Shown: piece by piece, positions 17,101 through 25,700 of the stretch | How the letters are laid out: each line of letters begins with the position of its first letter | How positions within the stretch are numbered: the stretch's first letter is position 1 | IMG/VR virus record: IMGVR_UViG_3300046779_000717 | Coordinates: 4,197-68,196 of that record | DNA length: 64,000 nucleotides | Strand: one strand, 5' to 3' | DNA from: a virus | Taxonomy: Duplodnaviria; Caudoviricetes | The notes under the pieces: generated by a model | What the model was told of the DNA's origin: nothing | Database searches by the model: none | What the model saw: the letters and a program-made list of their open reading frames with translations, nothing else | Position numbers and translations under genes: made by a program

Positions 17101-19397
17101 ACAAGTTGATCACGGTATGCCATTGCCTCATCGTAATCTTCAAACTTGCGTTCTTCAATCTCAAGCTTGTTTTGTGGGTCGTACACCATCGCCACTACGT
17201 CAGGTGTTCCGTGCTTCTCTTTGTTCCAGCCCTCTGGAGCGTACTCCTCGTTGAACGGAACTCTAGACACAACTCTGAAACCGGCCTTCTCATAAACTGG
17301 AGTAAGGTAGTTGTCAAAGTTGTCTAACTTAATACCACCAGCCTCAACGGCTTTTTGAAGTAGCTTCTGAGCTACTCCCTTTGCTTTTGATGTAGCCTTC
17401 TTAAATAACCCTTTGATGTCTCCTTCTTTAGAAACCACAACACCACCATCTTCATCGGTAATAACAGTGCCTTCTTTTGCTGCTTCTTCTGTTACGGAAT
17501 CAACAGACCAGTACTGTTCTGGATCTGACTGCTTGGTTTCTTGCAGGTCGGCAACGTATTGCTTTACTACTTCTTCTTTGGCTTGACCTTCTTCGGCAAC
17601 GCCTTGAGGTTCTGGTTGGGGTTTTCCTTCGACCACTTCTTCGCCAACTCTGGCTTCTGGCTGTACAGGTACTTCACTTGTTGTTTGCTTTTGAATGGCA
17701 TCTTCTTCTATTTTTTTAATTTGTTTCTTTCGTGACTCAAGCTCTAGTTCTAAAGCTTCTCTTATGATTGGATCGGCTTCTCCATCAATCTCAACTTCCA
17801 AATCCATTGCGTCTTGCCTCAATGAGGCGTATAACGGCCTAGACTCTTCTGGTATTACACTTAGTTTTTCAAACGCTTTTCTTTGAAGAGTTTCATTTTC
17901 TTGAACCTTCTTGTTGATTAGCTGTTCTATTGCAGTTCTTTTTTCTTCTGTTAGATTTGGATCTGCAGCAATCTCCTTTGCACGTATAATGGCTTCTTGG
18001 TTTTTGGCAACCTGTTCTCTCTTGTCTTGCGGCAAAACAGTTTGAGCTAGCTTAACAACTCCACCAAGCCCCATACCCATGGCATTTCCAGCGATGAACG
18101 CATCGGCAGTTCCTGACAGCACGTCTCTTTCTGGATCAATCCCTCCGTATTTATCCGCAGCATTCTGTGCTATGGTTGTAGCTACCTCTGACAATCCTTC
18201 TGCTGAAGATCCAAATACCATTGGATACTTCATGGTAAGGTCGTCAACCATGTCAAGTATCCCCTTTTCTACAATCTTCTTTCCAACTTCTGGACCTTCT
18301 CTTTTTATGATATTTTTACTTACTCTAGCAATTGACCCTAGACCGAAAAGTTCAAACATAACTTCAGCGCCTCCATAGGCCAATGCGTTTGTATACTTTT
18401 GTTTTTCGGTTATGTCAGCACCTTCAAGATCTGCTACTCTTGTTTGAGCGCTGTTAAGGCCAAGCAATGTCATACCTGCAGGGCCACCTCCAGACATCAT
18501 AACAGCCAACATTTGAGGAGTTGATGAAGCTAATTCATTAGACAACAATCTAAAACCATCAGCATAATCACCTCTAGTAAATCTATCTGTAACATCACCC
18601 TCAACCTTCTGCATCTTAGACTCCATTTCCTGAGCCCTTTCTTTTAGCATTTTCGCTGGCAAGTTGCCCTCTTTAAACTTAGCCATTGTAGGCTCAAGAG
18701 CAGCCATGATTGTGGCTTTCTGGACTGGATCCATAAACGCCTTTGTCAAGTCATATGCAAAAGAAGGTGTGCCAGCAAGTTCGCCCAAGGCTTTAAAAGT
18801 AGTAGCTACTAATTTGTTGGTAATGTCCGTATCTACCTTTTCCCCCTTGTATTCCAGTTCGTATTTAGGGCCAGGTATTACAGCAGCCTTAGCTTCTTCT
18901 TCCGTGGCTCCGCCAGCCAGTATACGGCCAACTCCACCAAAGAATCCTTCGTCTTTTCTTGGCTCAACTACAGTAGATGTTTCAGCTACTTCTCCCATCA
19001 TAGGGGCCATAGCCATAGCTTCTTCTGGAGTAAGAGCTTCTGGCTTTATAGCTGCTTGCTTTGCGGTTACTCTTTTCTGAAGGTCGCTTTCTGCAGCAGA
19101 TACATTATACCTTTTTCTTGCAGAAGGCTCCGAAGGCCCAGCTTTCTGAGTCTCTCCAGAAACCGAAAAAGCATCTTTTGCTTTCGGTTGACCAAGAGAT
19201 TCCGTACTTTTTTTTTTAAATCCGTAAGCCTCTTCAAATTCGTCGATAGATCCTACTTCATATTCAGGAGCGATTACCTCTTTAAAAAACAACTGTCTCT
19301 TTTTAGGATCTGACAGATACTTTTGAAAGTCTTGAATCGATCCTACATCATAGGTCTTTGATACTTCTGAGTAAAGTGCGTCTAATTTATTTGGCAT
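11094..19397 (-). CDS. Giant internal virion / ejection protein, polyvalent type
   Basis: 2767 aa, last gene of the structural operon; GNAT-like, metallopeptidase-like and ART-like segments plus a long helical C-terminus. Confidence 0.75.
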   Translation of the reverse strand: MPNKLDALYSEVSKTYDVGSIQDFQKYLSDPKKRQLFFKEVIAPEYEVGSIDEFEEAYGFKKKSTESLGQPKAKDAFSVSGETQKAGPSEPSARKRYNVSAAESDLQKRVTAKQAAIKPEALTPEEAMAMAPMMGEVAETSTVVEPRKDEGFFGGVGRILAGGATEEEAKAAVIPGPKYELEYKGEKVDTDITNKLVATTFKALGELAGTPSFAYDLTKAFMDPVQKATIMAALEPTMAKFKEGNLPAKMLKERAQEMESKMQKVEGDVTDRFTRGDYADGFRLLSNELASSTPQMLAVMMSGGGPAGMTLLGLNSAQTRVADLEGADITEKQKYTNALAYGGAEVMFELFGLGSIARVSKNIIKREGPEVGKKIVEKGILDMVDDLTMKYPMVFGSSAEGLSEVATTIAQNAADKYGGIDPERDVLSGTADAFIAGNAMGMGLGGVVKLAQTVLPQDKREQVAKNQEAIIRAKEIAADPNLTEEKRTAIEQLINKKVQENETLQRKAFEKLSVIPEESRPLYASLRQDAMDLEVEIDGEADPIIREALELELESRKKQIKKIEEDAIQKQTTSEVPVQPEARVGEEVVEGKPQPEPQGVAEEGQAKEEVVKQYVADLQETKQSDPEQYWSVDSVTEEAAKEGTVITDEDGGVVVSKEGDIKGLFKKATSKAKGVAQKLLQKAVEAGGIKLDNFDNYLTPVYEKAGFRVVSRVPFNEEYAPEGWNKEKHGTPDVVAMVYDPQNKLEIEERKFEDYDEAMAYRDQLVDQAKTEYPLQPSINEAVNKSAQSLNMVAPDLKIIVAENTDDAQMQIAEALSSVAPSQAGEVAGGFTTETRGQTVFVNGKPFAMVFNKETADSTTVGHEAWEILLNDAFADDQARMKEFVDSIDAQLRAQGFEDIADKLDAFASQRGYEAVKYSEYMAELGGMLVASGFGKGPLTAQQKTLLQKIGDIINKFAQLFTGKKQFLDQATPEDILGFMTTISEKVSKGESVKEFFRPKENTETIKNTEKVFSNRSQKIGDFDIQYFEDEAQFKDLVDRGLVVQNASIDDAAGQPVATHQPDNLLVGNVNYKGKQIMEGNGGIYYVLKFGNVWASGKQSSAKTLAGYINKSRKESTDGIGRMVLVRGSQDKMISSVQGVKAAMRILEELVFDNLISTADFRKALTIAGKAYDIDFSGSDSAKKIQKDIEDKFMNVSDSTFARRGDFFSKLVDEIGKLDSAKKNIKQIQKALGADKNIRFTKGGIRQQIGTVLTERLLIGLDSGNAYAIVEVDEDVEVKKDDQHPSYPFSIVTKSGKPPVLKVFNYRPKAVEAIRTMSGEQASNAKLGLAQMGMGMGRIASEGGPVIKSKSQKSVPTVVDEVLTDDGKGNYLFVHYSDEKRDTIKPMSGSKKNFTGRDEVAAISSVGGVAMYYTKQGQKEQGVGDIPHTVLVPKDKVYFYGTTERGKVSNDPKNFEPEARRRFQEYRNRGNEARPTEYAFDSNNAAAWVTKVAAENGYDMVVTNWGGPKSYRAQTVKELTPEAEYQGFKQLPDDVFEVGDEVFVYGKYGNIVAVDGNVLTIESENAFGSFDTSKFQVTNFTRDKILLVEKAKPSVTTRSQKVDVTVIPGYERMMGEVEGILEKSMNRGGSYNQASAAAIGYIQKSAVYERADDSQREQIIRDFKKLRGEKMKTAPSVARIMGEIKDTKEVTVKEKTALKDQIKLEAKAAKDAVAYVKDLRMQISTSLRSMTGRGVISAKQATAIISRYDKMNILNPVMRDRFIDYMSNVLQTAEYKDKVAQASKLRRAISKAAKSESNQAEVAKIAKAFNEISPSMVEDIDQYIEVADSLLKSVARKVGTPLMRDVANLESMINYIDEQIQKQREQIKNELLSQNQDLVDAGILSDKMTINEIKKVVDAIEGEKEQSEDKMKEARDAVKEMMATMSPIIKQIVKTGEDPFTGDPIDLTYDERKALASLANMDMDELSLTDAIKAVEYANNFIANGITSGVVGLVNTYDGSLSAAKLEKKGVKSIPIKKNKSKSIGRWWSKNIASLPMLNKIMWGSTSRALEVMDASGVTGVSNGKAKAIKMVDGIVKEYISKFSKAKDFLTAENIIERGMLAFMSRTVIGDEFQVQDEFNRRKTLIEQTIEALKDPNTNTEAEIKKGETIKNVYDKILKGSKNVADVKSKVSETNQKAVDWWVSQWASKYDRMDEVSRNVYNTILSRDANFIPDRFQTKEISSTSEEDFESGFFSNFEYVNTSKSGSLKENNRIKELPKDKNGTRTRIVNLDFDTNNVNAMTSSMVDVETASSVARMKGFVTSNNFSKLFSNNEDKNIYKKRLVGYVNRIKGGEYVDQGELAKVNRAINTAAAFGTAKALFSIAQPFKQFIPPLVNTLIQTGRVDIHTLFNGGMKFIDESGYPIANRGIGSQGELKSINRKLVEAEKALALRTIDGIAEWSNKALEITLKNPDVFGARAAWISFYKQGLKKQGLPTANIDWNTHKLNKEAADYAQMMVDSQQNISDTDMQGDFLASKDPLTAAVRRGVFPLMTFVLNQKTRIWSDSRILSNKVASVEDKIEASKSLAGALAEMAVFSGLSMFFSEVMYATALAIMGEEDDEEEKKVRTMRRSASTVQNFMKDFVLPPIPGVDAFVSGYVNDLMEATGMSQDIPKKWFDIEDENQKFEFYDREDASWMKILGTLGIAIDRAKEVSDYGRMAADGKFSKEIRGNEVEKQLLEEDADLAKLNALLITGNFAGVLPSDLATVAKNINKRIQKRAENVEESE

Positions 19398-19400
19398 ATC

Positions 19401-20798
19401 TTATGTTCCTGGTAGTTTTTTCTTTTGTGGTGCATTGGCATTAGGTACAAACTCAGATGCTCCGAAAACGAAGTCGATAGGAATGTTTGCATCTCCACCT
19501 TGTGTATTCAATATTTGGTTCATAACAGAAATAGCTTGATCTCCTTTAGGAGCCCTAGCCTGTGGATTGATAACCTTTTCAACCAAATCTATATACTCTC
19601 CAGTTTTTTTATCTTTTTTCTTTGTAGTTCTCAAAGAATATGTTTGAAACTGAACGTGACCATCTGGAGTAAAAGTAACTCGTTCGATCTTCTCTTTAGT
19701 GCCAGGATATGTCAAGTCTTTCAAATAAGAAGTGGCTGAAGCTCCAGTTTTGTCATTAAACATAGAGTTCAAATTCCTTCTCCTATTCGCATATCTTTGT
19801 TGCTTCATTCCTTCAGAAACTTCTGCAGAACTTGGCCTCTCATACTTAACTGCTTCTGGCTTTTCTCTAAGCTTGTCTACTTCTGCGTCTATTTGCTTTT
19901 CTATTACAGTCTGAGCCTCTTTTAATTGAGCTGGCGTTAGCTTTGGAGTAGCAATACCATTGGGGCCCATAACTAACTGTATGCCCTTTCCTCCGGCTGC
20001 TTCAATCTCTTTCCTCTGCTGTTCTGTTTCGTAGAAATCATATCCACCAACATAGTCAGACAAAATACTAGCAGCAGATCTAGCGTTCTTTAATAAAGAT
20101 CCAGCAAAGTTTTGCTTTGCTTTTGTGTATGCTGGATTTAACGTAGCTGACTTTGTCCAGAATCCCTGGTCGTATCCGGTTACTGCACCAAGAGTTTTTG
20201 TGAAACCACCAATCTCTCCAAGCAAGTCTAACTTTTCTGGTGTTTGGTTTTCTGGAATAAGCAACGACTTAAAGTCTACAACCATTCCAGTAGTAGGATC
20301 TGTCATTAATACGTTATAGCTAGATGGATCAACTACTAACTGCTTATTGGCTACGTCGGCAAGCTTTGACTGTTTATCCAAGAAATACTCACCAAGCTTT
20401 GACGCTTTAGGATCGTTCAAGTATTCAATCTGCTTGTTAACAATATCGTTATAAGACTTTGTAAAGTCTCCGAAGTATTTCCAGTCTTCAGACATCTTAG
20501 CAACACGAGACTTGTATTCGGTTGGTGTAAGCTGTCCATTCATCAACTGCTTCTTAAGGTCCAGTGTGGTATTCCTAACACGGTCAGCACCTTGCAACAC
20601 CAAGTTATTCAGACTACCTGATTGTCCTGGCTTGTATTCTTTAGACGCAGCAACTAAGTCATCTGCCGACTTCTCAAGTGCGTCTCTTTGCTTTTGGCGA
20701 TCTGCTTCAATCGTGTCTATGTCAGAGATAGCTCCCTTAGCAATGCCCAACCAGTCTACTGGTTTTGGTCTTCCTGCGTAACCTATGTATTCTGCCAT
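19401..20798 (-). CDS. Internal virion (ejection) protein
   Basis: 465 aa, helical, second of three genes after the GNAT, the usual podovirus core-protein position. Confidence 0.6.
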   Translation of the reverse strand: MAEYIGYAGRPKPVDWLGIAKGAISDIDTIEADRQKQRDALEKSADDLVAASKEYKPGQSGSLNNLVLQGADRVRNTTLDLKKQLMNGQLTPTEYKSRVAKMSEDWKYFGDFTKSYNDIVNKQIEYLNDPKASKLGEYFLDKQSKLADVANKQLVVDPSSYNVLMTDPTTGMVVDFKSLLIPENQTPEKLDLLGEIGGFTKTLGAVTGYDQGFWTKSATLNPAYTKAKQNFAGSLLKNARSAASILSDYVGGYDFYETEQQRKEIEAAGGKGIQLVMGPNGIATPKLTPAQLKEAQTVIEKQIDAEVDKLREKPEAVKYERPSSAEVSEGMKQQRYANRRRNLNSMFNDKTGASATSYLKDLTYPGTKEKIERVTFTPDGHVQFQTYSLRTTKKKDKKTGEYIDLVEKVINPQARAPKGDQAISVMNQILNTQGGDANIPIDFVFGASEFVPNANAPQKKKLPGT

Positions 20799-20800
20799 AA

Positions 20801-21586
20801 TTATCGTTTAAATGGAGTTACAAGTCCTGGGAATACACCATATGGTGTGTATCCTGGGGCGTAAGACGCGTTTGAATATTGGCCAGTTCCTGCAGGGGCT
20901 AATGCTGGATTCATCATTGGCCCGTATTGTGTAGTTGGTACAATTGTTTCTGCGGTTTTTTGCAATATTGATGACGACGCTTGAAAAGGGCTTTTCGCTT
21001 GTTGTATGGTAACCGAAGGCAACCCTGTCTTTTTTGCATCATACAATGGCTTGGCCTGTAAATATTGACTATACCCCAACTGCAAAGCTCCCAGTCCACC
21101 AGAAATCGCATCATTTACGATCTGTCTGTTTTCAGAGGCTGCCATCTGTGCTCCGGCTACTTCTTGAGACGCAATATCCGCTTCTCTAGCAACTCTTCTT
21201 TGGTCGATAGCCTGTTGGTTTTGTGCCCTGAACAAATCTCTTTGGTATTCTTGCTGTTGAAGATCTGCGCCTAATTGCAAGTTTGCTTCGTTTACTTGCT
21301 GCTGAAGGTTTGGCATGCCGCCAATAACACCAGCTGCTCCGGCCTCTTGAAGGGCCTGAACTCCTGTTGCTGCTTGTTGTTGGATTCCCTGTTGAGCTAA
21401 GTCATAGCCCATAGTTGGCACCTGAAGACCAGCCGAAAAGTCGGTCTCGGAAATGCCTTTAAGCCTAGACGCTGCGTCCTTTGCGGCGAAATCGGCTTCT
21501 TTTCTCCGCTTGTTTGCGGCGATTGCTTGCCCAGCACTTGCTGCGGCTGAAGCTCCTGCGATTATTAATGAGGTTGCTGCTGGCAT
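20801..21586 (-). CDS. Internal virion (ejection) protein, Ala/Gln/Gly-rich
   Basis: N-terminal MPAATSLIIAGASAAASAGQAIAA typical of the smallest ejection proteins; Q/A-rich coiled region. Confidence 0.7.
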   Translation of the reverse strand: MPAATSLIIAGASAAASAGQAIAANKRRKEADFAAKDAASRLKGISETDFSAGLQVPTMGYDLAQQGIQQQAATGVQALQEAGAAGVIGGMPNLQQQVNEANLQLGADLQQQEYQRDLFRAQNQQAIDQRRVAREADIASQEVAGAQMAASENRQIVNDAISGGLGALQLGYSQYLQAKPLYDAKKTGLPSVTIQQAKSPFQASSSILQKTAETIVPTTQYGPMMNPALAPAGTGQYSNASYAPGYTPYGVFPGLVTPFKR

Positions 21587-21587
21587 G

Positions 21588-21995
21588 TTATAGTATTTTT
21601 ACAAGTTCTGTACACCCAACGCTTCCTTCTACAAAACCACACTCTTTGTACTTGTTGATCAGAGCTTGGTTTCTCAAAGAAACATAAGCGTACTTCGCTC
21701 CGTTTTCTTTTCCGTATTCTGATAGAGTGTCTATCAAGAACTTAATCGCTTCTTTACGATCTGGCTCCTTATAGTCAAAGCTAGATACAATAAACTCTAT
21801 CCATACAGCTTTCGAGTTGGTAAAGTAAATGTATCCAGCACAAATGTCAACACCGTCCTTTGAGACCATGATGCCACCTCTACCGTCATTTGGCAAGAAG
21901 TCTTTAGCTGGGGCTTCCCATCTCCACTGGTTCCACCACTTCGTTAACGTAGTGCTGTAGTCGTGATCTGTGAGTGGCCTTGGCGTAAAACTCAT
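21588..21995 (-). CDS. GNAT-fold acetyltransferase-like protein (T7 gp13-like position)
   Basis: 135 aa; ICAGYIYFT...WIEFIVSS...LINKYKECGF; lies directly upstream of the ejection genes. Confidence 0.7.
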   Translation of the reverse strand: MSFTPRPLTDHDYSTTLTKWWNQWRWEAPAKDFLPNDGRGGIMVSKDGVDICAGYIYFTNSKAVWIEFIVSSFDYKEPDRKEAIKFLIDTLSEYGKENGAKYAYVSLRNQALINKYKECGFVEGSVGCTELVKIL

Positions 21996-22016
21996 TGCTA
22001 CGCAAAGATAGCGAAG

Positions 22017-22766
22017 TTATGGGTAACTTTTGAATACTTGTGAAGAAACCGCAAATAATTCAACAGCAGTTGAACTTGTGTTTTCAAGAAGCACTTGCAT
22101 GTAATATCCACGAGCCCCGTAAGACTCTGCCACAGCATTTTTGACGAACATAATAAAGTTTCCAGTCAATGGAACTGTACCTCCAACAACCATAACAATA
22201 GTCACAGATGTTGATGTCACGTTTGTAACCTGTCCAGACACCAACGCTGTACCACTGGGCACAGTGTAAATCAAGTCGCCAATACTTACTGTTGATCCAA
22301 TGTCGAATGAAAAATCTATTCTGTATGTAGCAGCAGCAACGAGGGTAACGGCAGATGCGTTTCCAATACCTTGAGTAGACAAAGCTTTGTAGTCAACTGT
22401 GTCTGGGTTACGTCTGATGTATGTAAAGTAGTCTCCCTCCTTTAGCTCAAAGTAAGAAGCCTCCATAACGCCAGAGTTCAAGTCTGTAGTGATGGTTGTC
22501 TTCCATGGAGAATCGGTCTCACACGCGAGCGTCTTAAACATTTTTGACTCGCTAGGCGCATCGTTAAATACGATAGTCACTGTAGACGGATCTGAAGCAG
22601 CTCCATACCAACTATTGCGTGTAGCATTTGTGTTGTGCTTCCATAACTCACCACTTTTGAACGTGTACAAAAAATTGTTCATATTGGTCATCCATTCTGG
22701 ATAGTAAGAGTGGAACGATGTCCACCCTTCTAGCATTGGAGAGTATGTAAGAGTATAGTTAGCCAT
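22017..22766 (-). CDS. Tail protein (resembles the C-terminal part of tail stabilisation/nozzle proteins)
   Basis: TLTYS..LEGWTSFHSYYPEWM..MNNFLYTFKSGELWKHN and TIVFNDAPSESKMFKTL. Confidence 0.6.
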   Translation of the reverse strand: MANYTLTYSPMLEGWTSFHSYYPEWMTNMNNFLYTFKSGELWKHNTNATRNSWYGAASDPSTVTIVFNDAPSESKMFKTLACETDSPWKTTITTDLNSGVMEASYFELKEGDYFTYIRRNPDTVDYKALSTQGIGNASAVTLVAAATYRIDFSFDIGSTVSIGDLIYTVPSGTALVSGQVTNVTSTSVTIVMVVGGTVPLTGNFIMFVKNAVAESYGARGYYMQVLLENTSSTAVELFAVSSQVFKSYP

Positions 22767-22783
22767 TACACAAAGTTACGACA

Positions 22784-25700
22784 TTAGCAAGCTTCTGTTG
22801 ACGTCCAGGCCGTACCATTCCAGTAGTGTGCATTTGTTGGAGCTGCTTGATTCTTGTAGTATCCAGGAGACGCAACAGACGTTCCAGAAGAGTTCAAGTA
22901 CAATGTGCCGCTCACACCGATAGTTCCGTTGGTCCAGTACGCATAGTAGTTGGTGTCTGCACAAACGGCCGACTTAGTACCTGCATCTGTCAAGAACACC
23001 TCTGTAAGGCCTGGAGCCTCACCGGTGCATATAGCGCAGCTAGCAGATGTTACTAGCGTTGTAGGAACTGTGAATGTGTATGTCTGTGGCAACAAGTCAG
23101 CAGTCTTGGTCCAGCAGTTACCGTCTGTGGTCTTAAAGATAGTTCCGTTAGCGATTACTCTTGTTACAGCATCATAAAGAACCGCACTGTACGTGCTGTT
23201 ACACAATGTAGCTTGGTAGTATCCGCCAGCAGGAGGAGTCGGAGGAGTCGGGGGAGTTGAGCCACAGTTGAACACTGACTCTACAACTCCGTCATCACCA
23301 ACCAGAATTGACTGATTGTTGTTTATCTTATACCAAAGACCGCCGCCCTCGAATACATTTCCACCTCTAGACTGCAAATAAACAGTGTCCCCAACAATTG
23401 GGTAAGTGTAGTATCCATTGTGGTACAGGTAGTCCCACCCAAGAACTAGCAAAGCACAAGCTGATGCAGCAGTTGATTGACCGTTTATAAACACATCGAA
23501 TGAAGTTGCAGGAGAATCGTTCACAACAGACGATACGGTAACTTGAGTGGATGGGCTAGTGCCAACACAGTTTGTTGCAGTAAATGCTGCCTGATAGTCT
23601 CCAATGCCCTCTACTGTTCCGCTAATAACACCAGTTGCAGAGTCAAAGTTAAGACCAGCCGGCAATGAGAAGCCAGAGCATGGCCCATCAACTGTCAACG
23701 TAGCGTCGTCAGATCCAGAGATTTTGCTAACAGTTCCAGACGCGAAGCATGTTTCTGTGGTCTGCCCACCAGATACAACTACTGTTTGGTAGTATCCTGT
23801 TTCGCAATTAGCCCCGTAGAATACAGCACCCTCTGATCCTCCGAACAACTTAAAGTTGCTGCACGCAGAAATAAGATTGTAGCTAGTAGGATTGTTGGTG
23901 GCAGGAACCTTGATATTCACAACCTGTCCAGCAACGAACTCCATGTTAGAAGCTGTAACGATCGGAGGCGCTGTCTCTGCACAAACGCAAGTTGCGATTT
24001 CGGTAACAACACCAGATGAAGTAACAAACATCAAGTTTGTGCCTGTCTTGTGGTATGCGTTTCCTCCGTCATAAACAGAAGATCCAGTTGAGTCGTTGTA
24101 AATTGTGCAACCAACAGACACTACACCGCCATCAGCGTTGTGATACTTTGTGGTAGATGGTGTCTGAGAGCACACGTTATCGATCGTGCCATTTGCAGTA
24201 GCAAGTGTGAACGATGTCAAAGATGCACAAGCAGTAGTAGCTGTCCAGCTATTTGATGATAGTGGAGAGTAAACTGTAAGAACAGTTTCTGCACTTGAGT
24301 TTTTAACATAGCTCAAAGTCCCAGTGCTATTGTTTACTAAGCCATCGTATGGCTCAACCAAATTGATTTCGCTATCTGGAACGCCAGCTGCGATCAATGC
24401 GTTGTAGTTGGCCAAGCTGTTAAGACCAACATATCCAGAGTCTGCAACCACGTTGCCGCCTACAGAGATAGTAAATCTGTCAGGAGTTGACTGTGCGTCG
24501 TAGGTATAGGATACTTTACCATTGCTAGACCCCATGTTTACCACGACGGGCGTAGTAGCGGCAACTCCAGTGTAAGATACAGACGATCCACAGCTTATGG
24601 TGTTTCTGTAATCCCAGATAAGATACAGGTATTGTTCGTTAGATGGCGCATTGTACACAAAAGTTCCAGAGTACTCAGTACCAGACAATGTCATGGATAT
24701 AGGAGTAGCCAAGCCGATGACGGCTGCGTAATCCTCTTGCGTGTACTCTGTATTAGACACTAAGTAGTATACCTTGTTGCCGGCAGTTGGAATGAATGGA
24801 TTCAATTCAGCATCCAATGCAGATGTGGCATCCTTGTAAGCATACACAGTAACTGTATCTCCAGGTGCAGGAATTCCGTTTATTCCAGCCACGTCTGAAG
24901 CTGTGTCGTAAAGTGAAACTGGAGCTGGCTTGAATATTATGTCGTTAACCTCGTAGCCAGTGGTTCCTGAGCTTGTGTAGTTGTACTTCAAGCTGCTAAC
25001 CTTTCCTGTCTCCTTTGGAGCGCCTACAACGATCGTAGATCTTCTTTTAACGACTGTAGCAGTCTGTGTGATTGTGAAGGTCCTAACTACACCACAGCTA
25101 GCTGTGATTGTAAGTGTAGCCGTTCTAGATATGCCAGTGTTATTTGCAGCGATGTCTGCCTCTACGTCTTGGTTTCCTGTGCCACTTGATGGTGCAACAG
25201 TCATCCATGAAGGAATGTTGGTGATAACCCATCCAGAGTTAGACTGAATATCAAAGATGTTTTTGCTCTGAGATGTTTTATCTACAGTGATTGAAGATGG
25301 TGTTACAACGAGTTCACATGGTGATGCGGTATCGTCATTTGATGCAAGCACATACATTTGGTTGTATGGGTCAAACGTTCCAATCTTCTGCTTATTAATG
25401 CCAGAGATGAACAAGTCCTTGAACCAGTCACGCATGCCCTGCATAGAAATTTCTTGAACAGAGTTTCCAACAATTCTCAAAGCAACACCACGCCTAGCAT
25501 CTGTAAAGAACAAGTCGCTACCCCATACAGCAAAGCTTTCTGGGTTTAAGCTAATTCCATATTCGCCAGGGAAAGAGATTTGAGTTCCAAGAACCTCTGG
25601 AGTACTAGAGATTGTACCTCCACCAACAGAGTCGCTGATCAAGTTCTTTCCGTACAATACCACAGATATCTTGTTCTCTTGGAATACAACCAAGTCAGTA

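Noticed and set aside
11094-19397. Virion RNA polymerase as in crAss-like or N4-like phages
   Set aside because: I did not find a DxDxD-type catalytic motif in an RNAP context, and late genes carry host-type promoters.
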